Below, in pieces: positions 17,915 through 27,300 of a DNA stretch of 64,000 nucleotides. The position numbers were made by a program, and so were the translations under genes. Each line of letters starts with the position of its first letter. The first letter of the stretch is position 1. The notes under the pieces are model-generated. The model saw only the letters and a program-made list of their open reading frames with translations. It searched no databases and had not been told where the DNA came from. The DNA comes from an uncultured Candidatus Saccharibacteria bacterium (GTDB lineage: Bacteria > Patescibacteriota > Minisyncoccia > Phycocordibacterales > UBA2100), in contig CAZWFX010000001.1 of NCBI GenBank assembly GCA_964633425.1, forward strand, positions 74,687 to 138,686. The letters are read 5' to 3'.

Positions 17915-19048
17915 ATGTCTAAGAAAAACCTGCACGGAGTGTTACCGGCTCAAGTTATATCTTCTCTAAAAAAGATCGGAGAAGATGCCTTTCAGAAGCA
18001 AAAAGAGCGTCGAGACGAAGCTACGTTGATTACGTTGGGTCGAGAGTTGGCATTTGCCGACTACTTGTCTTCCTCCTTAAAAGAGGCTTTCAAAACCGAG
18101 ATCCCTAAGGTTTTTCAGGCCAAAAAGCCACCAAAAGCGAAGCCTATCAGAAGGGTCCTCAACCTGGTCCTCTCCGACACCCATTTTGGAGCCAATCTAG
18201 ATCCCAGAGAGACCCGGCGTAAGTATTCTTCCGTAGAAGCAGCACGGCGCTTGGCTAAGGTTGTCCAACAGGCCATTCAGTACAAAACCGAACATCGAGA
18301 TCACACCGAACTTCTGGTTCATGTTTTAGGTGATATGCTGCAGGGTCAGCTGCACGATCCAAGAGACGGAAATCCTCTGGCGGAACAGAGCGCGGAGACC
18401 ATTTGGCTCCTAAGTCAGGCATTCAAGAGATTATCTGAAGAATTTCCCGTTGTCAAGGGGGCGTTCCAGCCTGGAAACCATGGAAGAGACAAAGCCAGGC
18501 ACAAGGAAAGGGCTGTGTATCAAAAGTGGGACTCCAATGAGACCGTTTGTTACTACGCCATCAAGCAAATTGCTGAAATGGCAAATTGGAAGAACGTAAA
18601 GTTTGCCCTACCCTATACCCCATATTACCTGATCGACGTTCTTGGTCATGGGATTTTTGGTACCCACGGAGATACTGTACTCAACCCAGGAAATCCTCAC
18701 AAAACCATCAACGTAGGCAATATCAGCAATCAGATCAATAAAATAGTGGCCGCAGAAGCCAATATGGGCTCTCTCAAGCCGAAAATCTTCGTTATGGGAC
18801 ACGTCCATATCGGAGCAGACTTCAATCTACCATCAGACATCACGGTAGTGACCAATGGTTGCCTGATTCCACCAGATCCGTATTCTTTGTCTATCGGATC
18901 GTTCGACGCCGCCTGCGGGCAGCAAATGTTTGAAACCACCGAAGAACATCCGTTTGGGGATCATCGGTACATAAGGGTCAATGAGAGGACCGATCTAGAC
19001 TCGTCGCTAGACGGCCTAATCTTGCCTTTCAAAGGTCTTGATGCGTAA
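17915..19048 (+). CDS. calcineurin-like metallophosphoesterase / exonuclease
   Basis: SDTHFG, LGDML, GNHGR, HGD and GHVH motifs. Confidence 0.85.
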   Translation: MSKKNLHGVLPAQVISSLKKIGEDAFQKQKERRDEATLITLGRELAFADYLSSSLKEAFKTEIPKVFQAKKPPKAKPIRRVLNLVLSDTHFGANLDPRETRRKYSSVEAARRLAKVVQQAIQYKTEHRDHTELLVHVLGDMLQGQLHDPRDGNPLAEQSAETIWLLSQAFKRLSEEFPVVKGAFQPGNHGRDKARHKERAVYQKWDSNETVCYYAIKQIAEMANWKNVKFALPYTPYYLIDVLGHGIFGTHGDTVLNPGNPHKTINVGNISNQINKIVAAEANMGSLKPKIFVMGHVHIGADFNLPSDITVVTNGCLIPPDPYSLSIGSFDAACGQQMFETTEEHPFGDHRYIRVNERTDLDSSLDGLILPFKGLDA

Positions 19049-19443
19049 TGGTTCCCGTGGCCTTGGCCGAGCTAGATCAAGCTATCGTGGACGTCCTGGC
19101 CCATATTCAAAAAGCCAAGATCATACTTGAGACGTCAATAGCAAACATCCCTAAACTCGAAGAAAAAATCGAGGAAACTCAGGAGATGCTAGAGTCGATC
19201 CAAGAAGATTTAGATACCGTAAAGTCAAAATCCGTAGTAGATTTAATGACTTATGAGAAATTTCTGTCTAGAAAATTCACTATAGAGGATCTTATTTCAG
19301 ACTATAAGATAGAAAAGGCCAAAAACGCAAGTTTGGCCAAGACAGAAGAGGCTCGTTTGATGGAGTTACGGGCGATTCTAGCAGATCTAGAGAAATCGAG
19401 GGCTGAGTGGAATCAGGTAGTGGACTTTCCGACCAATGACTAA
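19048..19443 (+). CDS. coiled-coil hypothetical protein
   Basis: 131 aa heptad-rich ORF, TAATG coupled. Confidence 0.7.
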   Translation: MVPVALAELDQAIVDVLAHIQKAKIILETSIANIPKLEEKIEETQEMLESIQEDLDTVKSKSVVDLMTYEKFLSRKFTIEDLISDYKIEKAKNASLAKTEEARLMELRAILADLEKSRAEWNQVVDFPTND

Positions 19444-19657
19444 TAGCTATCTCGAACAGATAAAGAATCTTTTGGAAAACGATGATGACTGGATTTTTTC
19501 CAGAAGGTATGGGTTTTCTGCGTCCAAACTGGCAAAAAAATACCCGGATGGGGTTCCAGAAAAGATTCTTACTGAAGTTCTCCAGTCCACACAAGAAGAA
19601 CTTGATCAGGCATGGGAAGAGATTGTTGAAGAACTTAAGGAGATCATGAAGGTATGA
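19436..19657 (+). CDS. small acidic protein resembling a stand-alone sigma70 region 4 HTH
   Basis: WIFSRRYGF...DGVPEKILTEVLQSTQEELDQAWEEIVEELK follows the sigma4 hydrophobic pattern by eye; the ORF is secure, the fold is tentative. Confidence 0.5.
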   Translation: MTNSYLEQIKNLLENDDDWIFSRRYGFSASKLAKKYPDGVPEKILTEVLQSTQEELDQAWEEIVEELKEIMKV

Positions 19658-20004
19658 ATGCCATTGAAGAGGTAGCAAGAGCGGCCGAAAAGGCCAAAGT
19701 GGAGCAGGAATTAGCCAACAGATCCCGAGGGCCGGTCTTTACGTCATCTAAGGACAAGATTGGACTTCCGCAAGAAGATCCTCAATATGCTTCTGCTAAG
19801 TGTAACACCTGTTATGGCAAGGGCTACGCCATCAGGCACGTCAAGCCGATAGTGTCCCCTTATGGGAATTCCTACGATCGGTTTTATGTTGTGTGTGAAT
19901 GTGTGCATAAAGGATACACCAAGATCAGACTGAAGGTTGAGGAGGGGCTCGGCCAGGGACTGACTCTTGAGGAGGCCGCTAAGAAAGCGAAGTTTGTTCT
20001 CTAG
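19654..20004 (+). CDS. zinc-finger protein (CxxCxGxG...CxC)
   Basis: CNTCYGKG and CEC motifs, ATGA overlap. Confidence 0.7.
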   Translation: MNAIEEVARAAEKAKVEQELANRSRGPVFTSSKDKIGLPQEDPQYASAKCNTCYGKGYAIRHVKPIVSPYGNSYDRFYVVCECVHKGYTKIRLKVEEGLGQGLTLEEAAKKAKFVL

Positions 20005-20032
20005 TTGACTTTCTGCCTCGACGTGCTATATT
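20005..20032 (+). promoter_or_regulatory. promoter TTGACT-16-TATATT with extended TG, upstream of dnaE-N
   Basis: TTGACT at 20005, TGCTATATT at 20024-20032. Confidence 0.55.
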
Positions 20033-20044
20033 GGGCATAGCCCA

Positions 20045-21739
20045 ATGATTAACCCACCAACATGCCACTGCCACCCTCTTAGTCTTGACACTGGAAGTCA
20101 AATCAACGACTTTATCAAGAAAGAACAAGAGCTGGGAACCGGTTACGTTACCGCCACAGACCATGGATCCATGGGATCTGCGTATCTAATTTACACAAAG
20201 GCCAAGAAGGCCTCCCTAACACCGATTCTTGGTATCGAAGTCTACCTCAGAGACCCCGACTGCGACGTCTTAAAAGAACTGACACCAAGCCCGGAAGACT
20301 ACCTTAAATTTGGCAATCCCAAGTCTAAGTACATGCACGCCACTCTCCACTACATGGACGTGGAGGCCTACGAGGCAGGCTGCTCGGTTCTTTCAAAAGC
20401 CCCAAGAGAAAAGCACGGATCTGAAGACAAGCCCATCTACACCTGGGACGATATTGCTACCCTTGGGGCCAAAAATGTCACTGGAGGATCCGGCTGCCTT
20501 ATTGGTGTGGTGCAGCGACATCTCATGGTCGGAAGACCCGACGTCGCTGAAAAATACTATGTAAAATACAAGAACATGTTCAAAAAGGACAACTTCTTTG
20601 TTGAGGTTTTCCCTCATAAATGTACCCATAACTGGGTATCTGGTGTTTTCGTTACAGTAAAAGACAGTAACGGTGAAACCAAACAGCTTAGGTTTTACGA
20701 AGAGAAAAAGCTTAAGACCAATCACTCAGAAGAGGTCACGGCCTCTAGCCTGGCTCGATCTCCAGCCAAACACACCCACTTATTGGGGATTAAGAACTAC
20801 AGGACCTGGGACGAGGTCTCTTACAAGATCGTCTCCGTAAGGCACGTAGAAGAGTTTGTTCAAAATGAGTGTACTGTAGATGCCCCAGACGGAGATCTGC
20901 AAGCCAGAGCCAACAAATTCGTTTTGCAGATGGCCGAGAAGTACGGAGACCCAGTGATCAGCTCCGATGACAGCCACTACGTAAGCCCGGAAGACAAAAT
21001 TGTTCAGGACGTGGCTCTGGCTCAGTCGGGTAAGTGGAGGTTTTTCGGTAGTTATCATAGGCAGAGCGCGGCCGAGCAGTTTGCCTGTTACAAAGAGACT
21101 TTGGGGCTTGGTGAAAGGGAGTTCGAAAAATGGACGAACAACGCTCTAGAATGGGCTTCTAAATTCAAAAACTTTGAGTTTTCTTACAAACCATCACTAG
21201 CCAATAAATTCTATCCGTCCGACACCCTTGGATACCTAAAATCCTTGATGGAAAAGCACGGAAGAATAAATAACGCACCAGAATACACCCAGCGCCTAGA
21301 GACCGAAATTCAAATGCTTCACAACAACGGCAAAATCGATTTGTTGCCGTACTTCTTTCCCGCCGAAGAGGTCTGTGAAGAGTACGCTATCAACGGAGAG
21401 CTTGCGGGGCTTGGCCGAGGCAGTGCCGCAGGGTTGCTGGTGTCGTACTACCTGGGTATTACCCACATAGATCCAATAAAGGACGGCCTGTCAATGGAAA
21501 GGTTCATTTCCATTGACCGTATTTTGGGAGGCAAGCTTCCAGATATCGACCAGGACCTTTCGTCAACAGATTACCTTGTTGGTACCGCAATAGATCGCGT
21601 TACGGTAGAAATGGAGGACGGTACCGTTAGGGAATATTTGTCTGAGGAACTCATTCAGACCGAAGAGGGCCCCATGACCATCTTCGAAGCGGCAACTAAA
21701 AAGCTGGATATCTTGGATTTGGATGAGAGTGATGAATAA
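20045..21739 (+). CDS. dnaE: DNA polymerase III alpha, N-terminal half (PHP domain and first palm motifs)
   Basis: HCHP.S.DTG, TDHG, PILGIE, DSHY, GRGSAAG.LVSYYLGIT..DP, ERF, PDID. Confidence 0.92.
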   Translation: MINPPTCHCHPLSLDTGSQINDFIKKEQELGTGYVTATDHGSMGSAYLIYTKAKKASLTPILGIEVYLRDPDCDVLKELTPSPEDYLKFGNPKSKYMHATLHYMDVEAYEAGCSVLSKAPREKHGSEDKPIYTWDDIATLGAKNVTGGSGCLIGVVQRHLMVGRPDVAEKYYVKYKNMFKKDNFFVEVFPHKCTHNWVSGVFVTVKDSNGETKQLRFYEEKKLKTNHSEEVTASSLARSPAKHTHLLGIKNYRTWDEVSYKIVSVRHVEEFVQNECTVDAPDGDLQARANKFVLQMAEKYGDPVISSDDSHYVSPEDKIVQDVALAQSGKWRFFGSYHRQSAAEQFACYKETLGLGEREFEKWTNNALEWASKFKNFEFSYKPSLANKFYPSDTLGYLKSLMEKHGRINNAPEYTQRLETEIQMLHNNGKIDLLPYFFPAEEVCEEYAINGELAGLGRGSAAGLLVSYYLGITHIDPIKDGLSMERFISIDRILGGKLPDIDQDLSSTDYLVGTAIDRVTVEMEDGTVREYLSEELIQTEEGPMTIFEAATKKLDILDLDESDE

Positions 21740-21784
21740 CACTGGAGTTTTTGGCAAATTTCTGGTACTGTTCTAGGCAGACCT

Positions 21785-22051
21785 ATGGACCCCAAATCAC
21801 TAGCAAAATCCTTTATGGATCTTTCAGTTGAAGATCAGGCCGAATTCTTTCTACAATTAACCATCTTGTTCCGTAAGGTGATGCCCTCGACGCAAGAGCG
21901 GCTTCTCAAGGAACTGGCCAATAAGATTTACTTTTTGGATCACGAAGACGATTCGTACCTAAACGGTCTTGTGGTGGCTCTGTTCGATCAACACGACGAA
22001 GAAGAAAAAACCGTGTATGTGGAATCTACAAAAAATGGGCTGAATAATTGA
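21785..22051 (+). CDS. hypothetical protein between the dnaE halves
   Basis: 88 aa helical acidic ORF whose TGA abuts the ATG of dnaE-C; no endonuclease motif seen. Confidence 0.65.
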   Translation: MDPKSLAKSFMDLSVEDQAEFFLQLTILFRKVMPSTQERLLKELANKIYFLDHEDDSYLNGLVVALFDQHDEEEKTVYVESTKNGLNN

Positions 22052-24331
22052 ATGAAGATAAAGGAAATCCTCTCGGTTAAAACAGAACGGAAGCCCGGAT
22101 GGCTAGATCGCCGCTTCGGAGAGCACTTTGCTCGAATTTCAACCGTTACTACCAGGAAGCTGAAATATGCCATCAGGGACGTCGCCCGCTTTACTTACGG
22201 CAAGGGCATGATCCCGTATGACATCGAGCGACTGGCCAAGGCCATTCAGACTCCACCACAGGGCGTGAACGACTACGACTTCGTATTCGGCTATGAAGAG
22301 GCAGGACGTTTCGTTGAGGGTACGATAAATACTGACCCAGCTCTAAAGGAGTATGTCAAAAAATACCCTAACCAATGGAAGATTGTAGTCAAATGCCTTA
22401 GCTTGGTTAGAAACAGCTCGCTACACGCCTGTGGTTATGTAATCGCCTCCAGGCCAATCCGGGAGTTTATGCCGCTCTCTTCCATAAAGGGAACTGAGTG
22501 TACAGAATTCACGGCTAATTCATCAGACGGGATATCTTCCGTTGAGGGCGTAGGCGGCATCAAATACGACTACCTTAAACTAAACTCTCTAAAAGATGTT
22601 CAGATTGCAGTTAAACTAATACAAAAACGATCTGGACTTCAAATACCTGATTTTATTACAAAAAATGGGCGATGTCCAAAGGTCAGGATCCTACCATACA
22701 AAGGCCAATTAGAAGACATCTGGACGTCGTTACCTGAAGAGCCTGAAGTTTTTTCGGACATTTCCAATGGGGATACGGAGTCTGTTTTTCAGCTTTCTAC
22801 TCAAGGAGCCTTGAAGTGGCTGAAACTTTTTAATCAGGTAGGAAGGGACGAAAAGCCACTAATCTCGTCTGTAAGAGATATCGCTATTTTTACAGCCCTA
22901 GATCGACCAGGGCCGCTCGATATCGAGCTTACCAATCCAGAAGACGGGTCTAAGCACAACGCCTTGGTTGAGTACGTGAGAAGGGCCAGAGGACTGCCTC
23001 CATCAGAGGATATTTTGGAGGTCTTTGACAAACTTTTTCCTGAGACCAAAGGGATTCTTGTTTTCCAAGAACAGCTCCAGAGAGCATACCAGACACTCAC
23101 AGGCTGTTCTGGGGCTGAGGCCGATGAGTTCCGCTCAAACGTCGCCAAGAAGAGGGCGACCAAGGTGGCGGCCGCTTACGAGACGTTCGTTAAGCGGGCT
23201 GGGCAAATCCTTGGATCTGAAGAAAAGGCGGCTCAGGTATTTCAAGCTTTCGGAACCTGGTCAAACTATGGGTTCTGCCTAGCTCACGCCGTTAGCTACG
23301 CAAGACTTGCGTACGTTATTGCCTTTCTTAAGCGTCATTTTCCACTTGAATGGTGGACGGCCGTGTTGTCAAACGCCACCAAGGACGATATCTCCGATAA
23401 GTTCTGGCCAAAATGCTCAGAGATTATTGATTTGCCAGACATGTCAAATCCAAGAGATCGATTCGATATCGTAAATGAAAGAATTCAAGCCCCAATAGGA
23501 ATGCTTTGGGGTGTCGGCGGCAAGGCTCAAGAACAAATAGTCGCTTTTGCCCCATATTCTACAATCGATGAGTTTTGTGGTGGTATCCAAAAGTACAAGG
23601 AGCTAAATGCTATCACCACAACCGAAACAAAAGAAGTTAAGGGCGTGGTGAAGACTGTTTCTAAAAGGCGTCTTGGAAGATCGGCTGTCCATTCTGGTGT
23701 CGTGTACTCGCTCGTTGTCTCGGGAGCTATGGACAGCCTGTTTGAGCCAGGCCTTACCCTTGAAGAAAAGCTCCTGGCATACGAAAAAGCCATTGCCAAG
23801 GCCTCTGGAGCAAAAAAACACAAACCAGTCAAACCACAATTTAAGGATCTGAACGCCTACAACCAATTCCTAATGAGGAAGAAGCTCTTGCCAGTCTTTA
23901 CACAGAGCCTTCCAGATCTAATGGTAGACTGTAAACATCCATTAGTTTCAACTACTTATGGCAAACCCAGGTACAAGATAGCCGATCGGTTTGTGGACTT
24001 ATGGGGACTTAAGGAGCTTCGGCAGTTTGAAGAACACGGAAGTTCCATTCCGTCCGGAGGCTACCGAGCCGCCATTCCAGGATACGTCTCTAGCGTTAGG
24101 CGTTTTACGTTTGATGGCAACAAGGAAGCTTGTGCGATTGCTTTGAATATTGAGGGCGTCAATCAAGAATTTGTTAAGTGGCCGGATTGGAACTCTAAAA
24201 AGCTAGATCCGCGATACGACGCGGATCTGGAAAAGAGTCTGCTAGTTTTACATGTCGTAAAGCGACGTGAAGATCGGCCGTTCGTCGTTGAAAACTTTGA
24301 GGTTTTGGCCTCTAATCAAGCAAAACCGTAG
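22052..24331 (+). CDS. dnaE: DNA polymerase III alpha, C-terminal half
   Basis: AIRDVAR, HACGYVI, IKYD.L, VFQ, RPGP, LVFQEQ, YGFC.AHA.SY, LK.HFP, HhH and OB-like C-terminus. Confidence 0.92.
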   Translation: MKIKEILSVKTERKPGWLDRRFGEHFARISTVTTRKLKYAIRDVARFTYGKGMIPYDIERLAKAIQTPPQGVNDYDFVFGYEEAGRFVEGTINTDPALKEYVKKYPNQWKIVVKCLSLVRNSSLHACGYVIASRPIREFMPLSSIKGTECTEFTANSSDGISSVEGVGGIKYDYLKLNSLKDVQIAVKLIQKRSGLQIPDFITKNGRCPKVRILPYKGQLEDIWTSLPEEPEVFSDISNGDTESVFQLSTQGALKWLKLFNQVGRDEKPLISSVRDIAIFTALDRPGPLDIELTNPEDGSKHNALVEYVRRARGLPPSEDILEVFDKLFPETKGILVFQEQLQRAYQTLTGCSGAEADEFRSNVAKKRATKVAAAYETFVKRAGQILGSEEKAAQVFQAFGTWSNYGFCLAHAVSYARLAYVIAFLKRHFPLEWWTAVLSNATKDDISDKFWPKCSEIIDLPDMSNPRDRFDIVNERIQAPIGMLWGVGGKAQEQIVAFAPYSTIDEFCGGIQKYKELNAITTTETKEVKGVVKTVSKRRLGRSAVHSGVVYSLVVSGAMDSLFEPGLTLEEKLLAYEKAIAKASGAKKHKPVKPQFKDLNAYNQFLMRKKLLPVFTQSLPDLMVDCKHPLVSTTYGKPRYKIADRFVDLWGLKELRQFEEHGSSIPSGGYRAAIPGYVSSVRRFTFDGNKEACAIALNIEGVNQEFVKWPDWNSKKLDPRYDADLEKSLLVLHVVKRREDRPFVVENFEVLASNQAKP

Positions 24332-24347
24332 GGATTAAAGACACTTA

Positions 24348-24355
24348 GGCTATAT
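24348..24355 (+). promoter_or_regulatory. GGCTATAT motif upstream of terminase
   Basis: Exact motif 7 nt before the GTG start. Confidence 0.5.
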
Positions 24356-24362
24356 CCTAAGT

Positions 24363-27300
24363 GTGACACCAGAAGAAAAACAGCAGCTTGAGCGCCAGCT
24401 CCTGTTCACTCCTTGCAAGACAAAGGAGGAGCTGGGGGACTGGATAGATCACATGCTGGGGTATCGGTTACCCGACTGCATTGTTGACGCCGACTCCAAC
24501 TCCTCTCCATTAGATCTTGTTTGGGAGATCTACCACGAAGCTCTCTACGTAAACAATCCAAATTTCGAAAAGATTCTAGCATACGCGAACAGATTTGGCG
24601 CGAAAACCCTGGGCGCTAGTGCCCTAGAGCTTTTGATGGTCTTTCATGACCAAAGAGACGTTGTCCACCTGGCTGCCATTGAGGAGCAGTCAACAGACTG
24701 CCTCAACTACGTTAAAAAGGCACTCCGCAATCCCGTAATGGCACCTTTTGAGGTTCAGGGAGATAAACGAGCCATTACGATCCAAGTCTTTAAAAAAGAC
24801 GGTAAATACTATTCCCCTAAGGAATATGAAAAAATCCCGGATGTAGAAAAGTTTGGGTTTCAGGAGTATTTCAATAAAATTGAAGTCATTGTGGCGACTC
24901 CAAAGTCGCTCAACGGGAAGCATGGCGCTTTCTTTTGTATTGATGAAAATACACCATTACTAATAGCAGATAAAACCAGATCGAGGAAAAGTCGGTCGGC
25001 CAAATTTGTCTTTAACACCATAGCCGGGCTCCCGGTAACAGGCAGGAGGGGTCGTCTTCCTATAGAAGATCTTGACATTTCTAACCCACAAAAGGATATT
25101 GAACTACTTACCTTCAATTTCTCTACAGGAAGCCTGGAGCCAAAGAAGATCCTTCGCGGACATCGTAAAAGGGCACAAACGATAAATATCGTGGCGGGCA
25201 AGAGGAGTTTGATTTGTACGCTAGATCATCCCATCTTTGTATTCGGGAAAGGCTTCACAGAAGCCGGTGCTGTGTCTCTAGGAGATAAGATTCTCGCGAT
25301 CGGCAAGGGTGGCTGGGGAAATCGACAATTCCTGTCAAAGGAGATTCAAAACAAAGATTCGATCATACGAGATCCTGGAGATCTATTTGAGCAGGTCGTC
25401 TTAGGTTCTCTCCTTGGCGACGGATCTTGTCTAAAACATACTCGCAGCAAAAACGCTTATTTTTCTGAACGACACTGCATTGAGCAGGCTGAATATCTAA
25501 ACTGGAAACGTCAGATAATTGGTCAGCAAGTAAAAACCTCAGAATGTAAAAACATAGCCAGCGGGTATACCGGGAATCCTCAAGCTGGATTCTATACACA
25601 AAATAGTCATATATTTAACCAATGGTTAGGATTTAAGCAGAACTTTCAAAATCTCGAAAAGATTAGTCCCATTGGACTTGCAGTTTGGTATATGGACGAC
25701 GGGTACGCTAAAGGATTTAGTATAGCTTCTCATGGGTTCACTAAAAATCAAAATGAGAGACTTGTTGAAATTCTTTGGAATAAATTTCAAATAAAAGCTA
25801 GAGTTGCTAGAGAAGTTAAGAAAGACGGAAGATCCTATTGGTATATAACAGGAGGATTAGATGCAAAAAAACGCTTGGTAGAAATTTGTCGTCCATACAT
25901 ACACCCACAAATGGCGTTCAAGTTTGATATAGAAAGTCACTCCAAACAGTGTGTCGCTTGTGGTCATAAATTTTGGCCACATCAGCAAGGACCAAGTTCA
26001 AAAACTTGTGGACAGGCCGTATGTCTGTCGGTCCTAGCGGGTACATTTGAAGCCGTGTCTGTCGATAGAATTGAACCTGCAGGAGAAAGAACCGTTTATG
26101 ATTTTACGGTAGAAAATAACCACAATTTTTTCAGTGGACAGATCCTTAGCCATAATTGTATGGACGAAACAGACCTTCTTGACAACGAGTCTATCGTCCA
26201 AGAAGCCGACGGAGTACCCACCCCAACAAAAGATAGAAGAGCCAAGCACCCGATCGTCTATATGACATCTACCAGAAAGAAGGCGGCGGGTAGGGTCCAG
26301 AAGCTTATTGATAGGGCAGAGCAAGAAGACATCCGTGTTAGACACTGGAACTTGATTGACATCACAAAACCATGTCCCCCAGAAAAACACCAACCAAACG
26401 AACCTAAGGTCTCGATGTATGTGGACGACAACGCCCTCAAGGCCATCCCAGAAGAATCATACGAACAGCTAAACGAAGGCGATCGACTAAAATATCAAAA
26501 ACACGAGATGTTTCAGGGCTGTAAGTCCTGCCCATTGGCCGCCACTTGTAAGAGTCGGTTGGCTACTCATCAAAAATCCAGTAATTCTACACTCTTACTG
26601 GATCACGCATTCACCACCAAAAAGGTAACTAAGGGAAATATTGAATTCATTAAGTCGCAGTTTCTATGCAGGAAACCGCTGTCTACCGGATCTATCTTTT
26701 CTAGGTTTAGCAGAGAAAGGCATTTACTTTCAGCGGCTGAGATCTATGAAAAGCTAGAGCAGCAAGAGGCCCCAGCCAACTTTAACAAGCAAAGTCTAGT
26801 CAAGTATCTAAAGGCTCATCCACTGGCCAAATTTTACGGTGGTATTGACTTTGGTTACACCCACATGTTTGTTGCTATAGTCGCGGCCAAGGTCGGTCTC
26901 CACTGGTTTGTATTGGACTGCCTTATGGCCACCGAGTTGGAGACCATGGAATGCGTGGATTTGTGCAAGAGATCCTTTTATCATTACGGAGCTGAATGGT
27001 ATCCGGATCCTGAAAATCCACAACTTATAAGTACGTTTAAAAAGCATGGATTTAATTGTATCGATTTTTCCAAGAAGAAAGGGACGGTCTTGGCTGGAAT
27101 TGAGGCGATTCGAGCAAAGCTCAATCCTGGACCAGATGCCGAACCTCAAATGTTCTTTCTGAAGGGAGATCCTTCTATTGACGGGGAAGAAGAGTCTTTA
27201 GTGGAAGCCATGGAAAAATGGGCCTGGAAGTTGTCTCCTGCCGGAGAGCCGACAGACATCCCTGCAGAAAAGCATAAGGACCAATGCTTTACGTCAGATA

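Noticed and set aside
21740-22051. Group I/II intron or ribosomal bypass joining the dnaE halves
   Set aside because: The gap is almost entirely one ORF, no intron core elements were seen, and dnaE-C has its own ATG; RT-PCR would be needed to exclude it fully
21584-22096. Canonical trans-splicing split intein in dnaE
   Set aside because: No block A with Cys/Ser1, no TxxH, and no terminal HN followed by Cys/Ser/Thr; reported instead as a degenerate remnant
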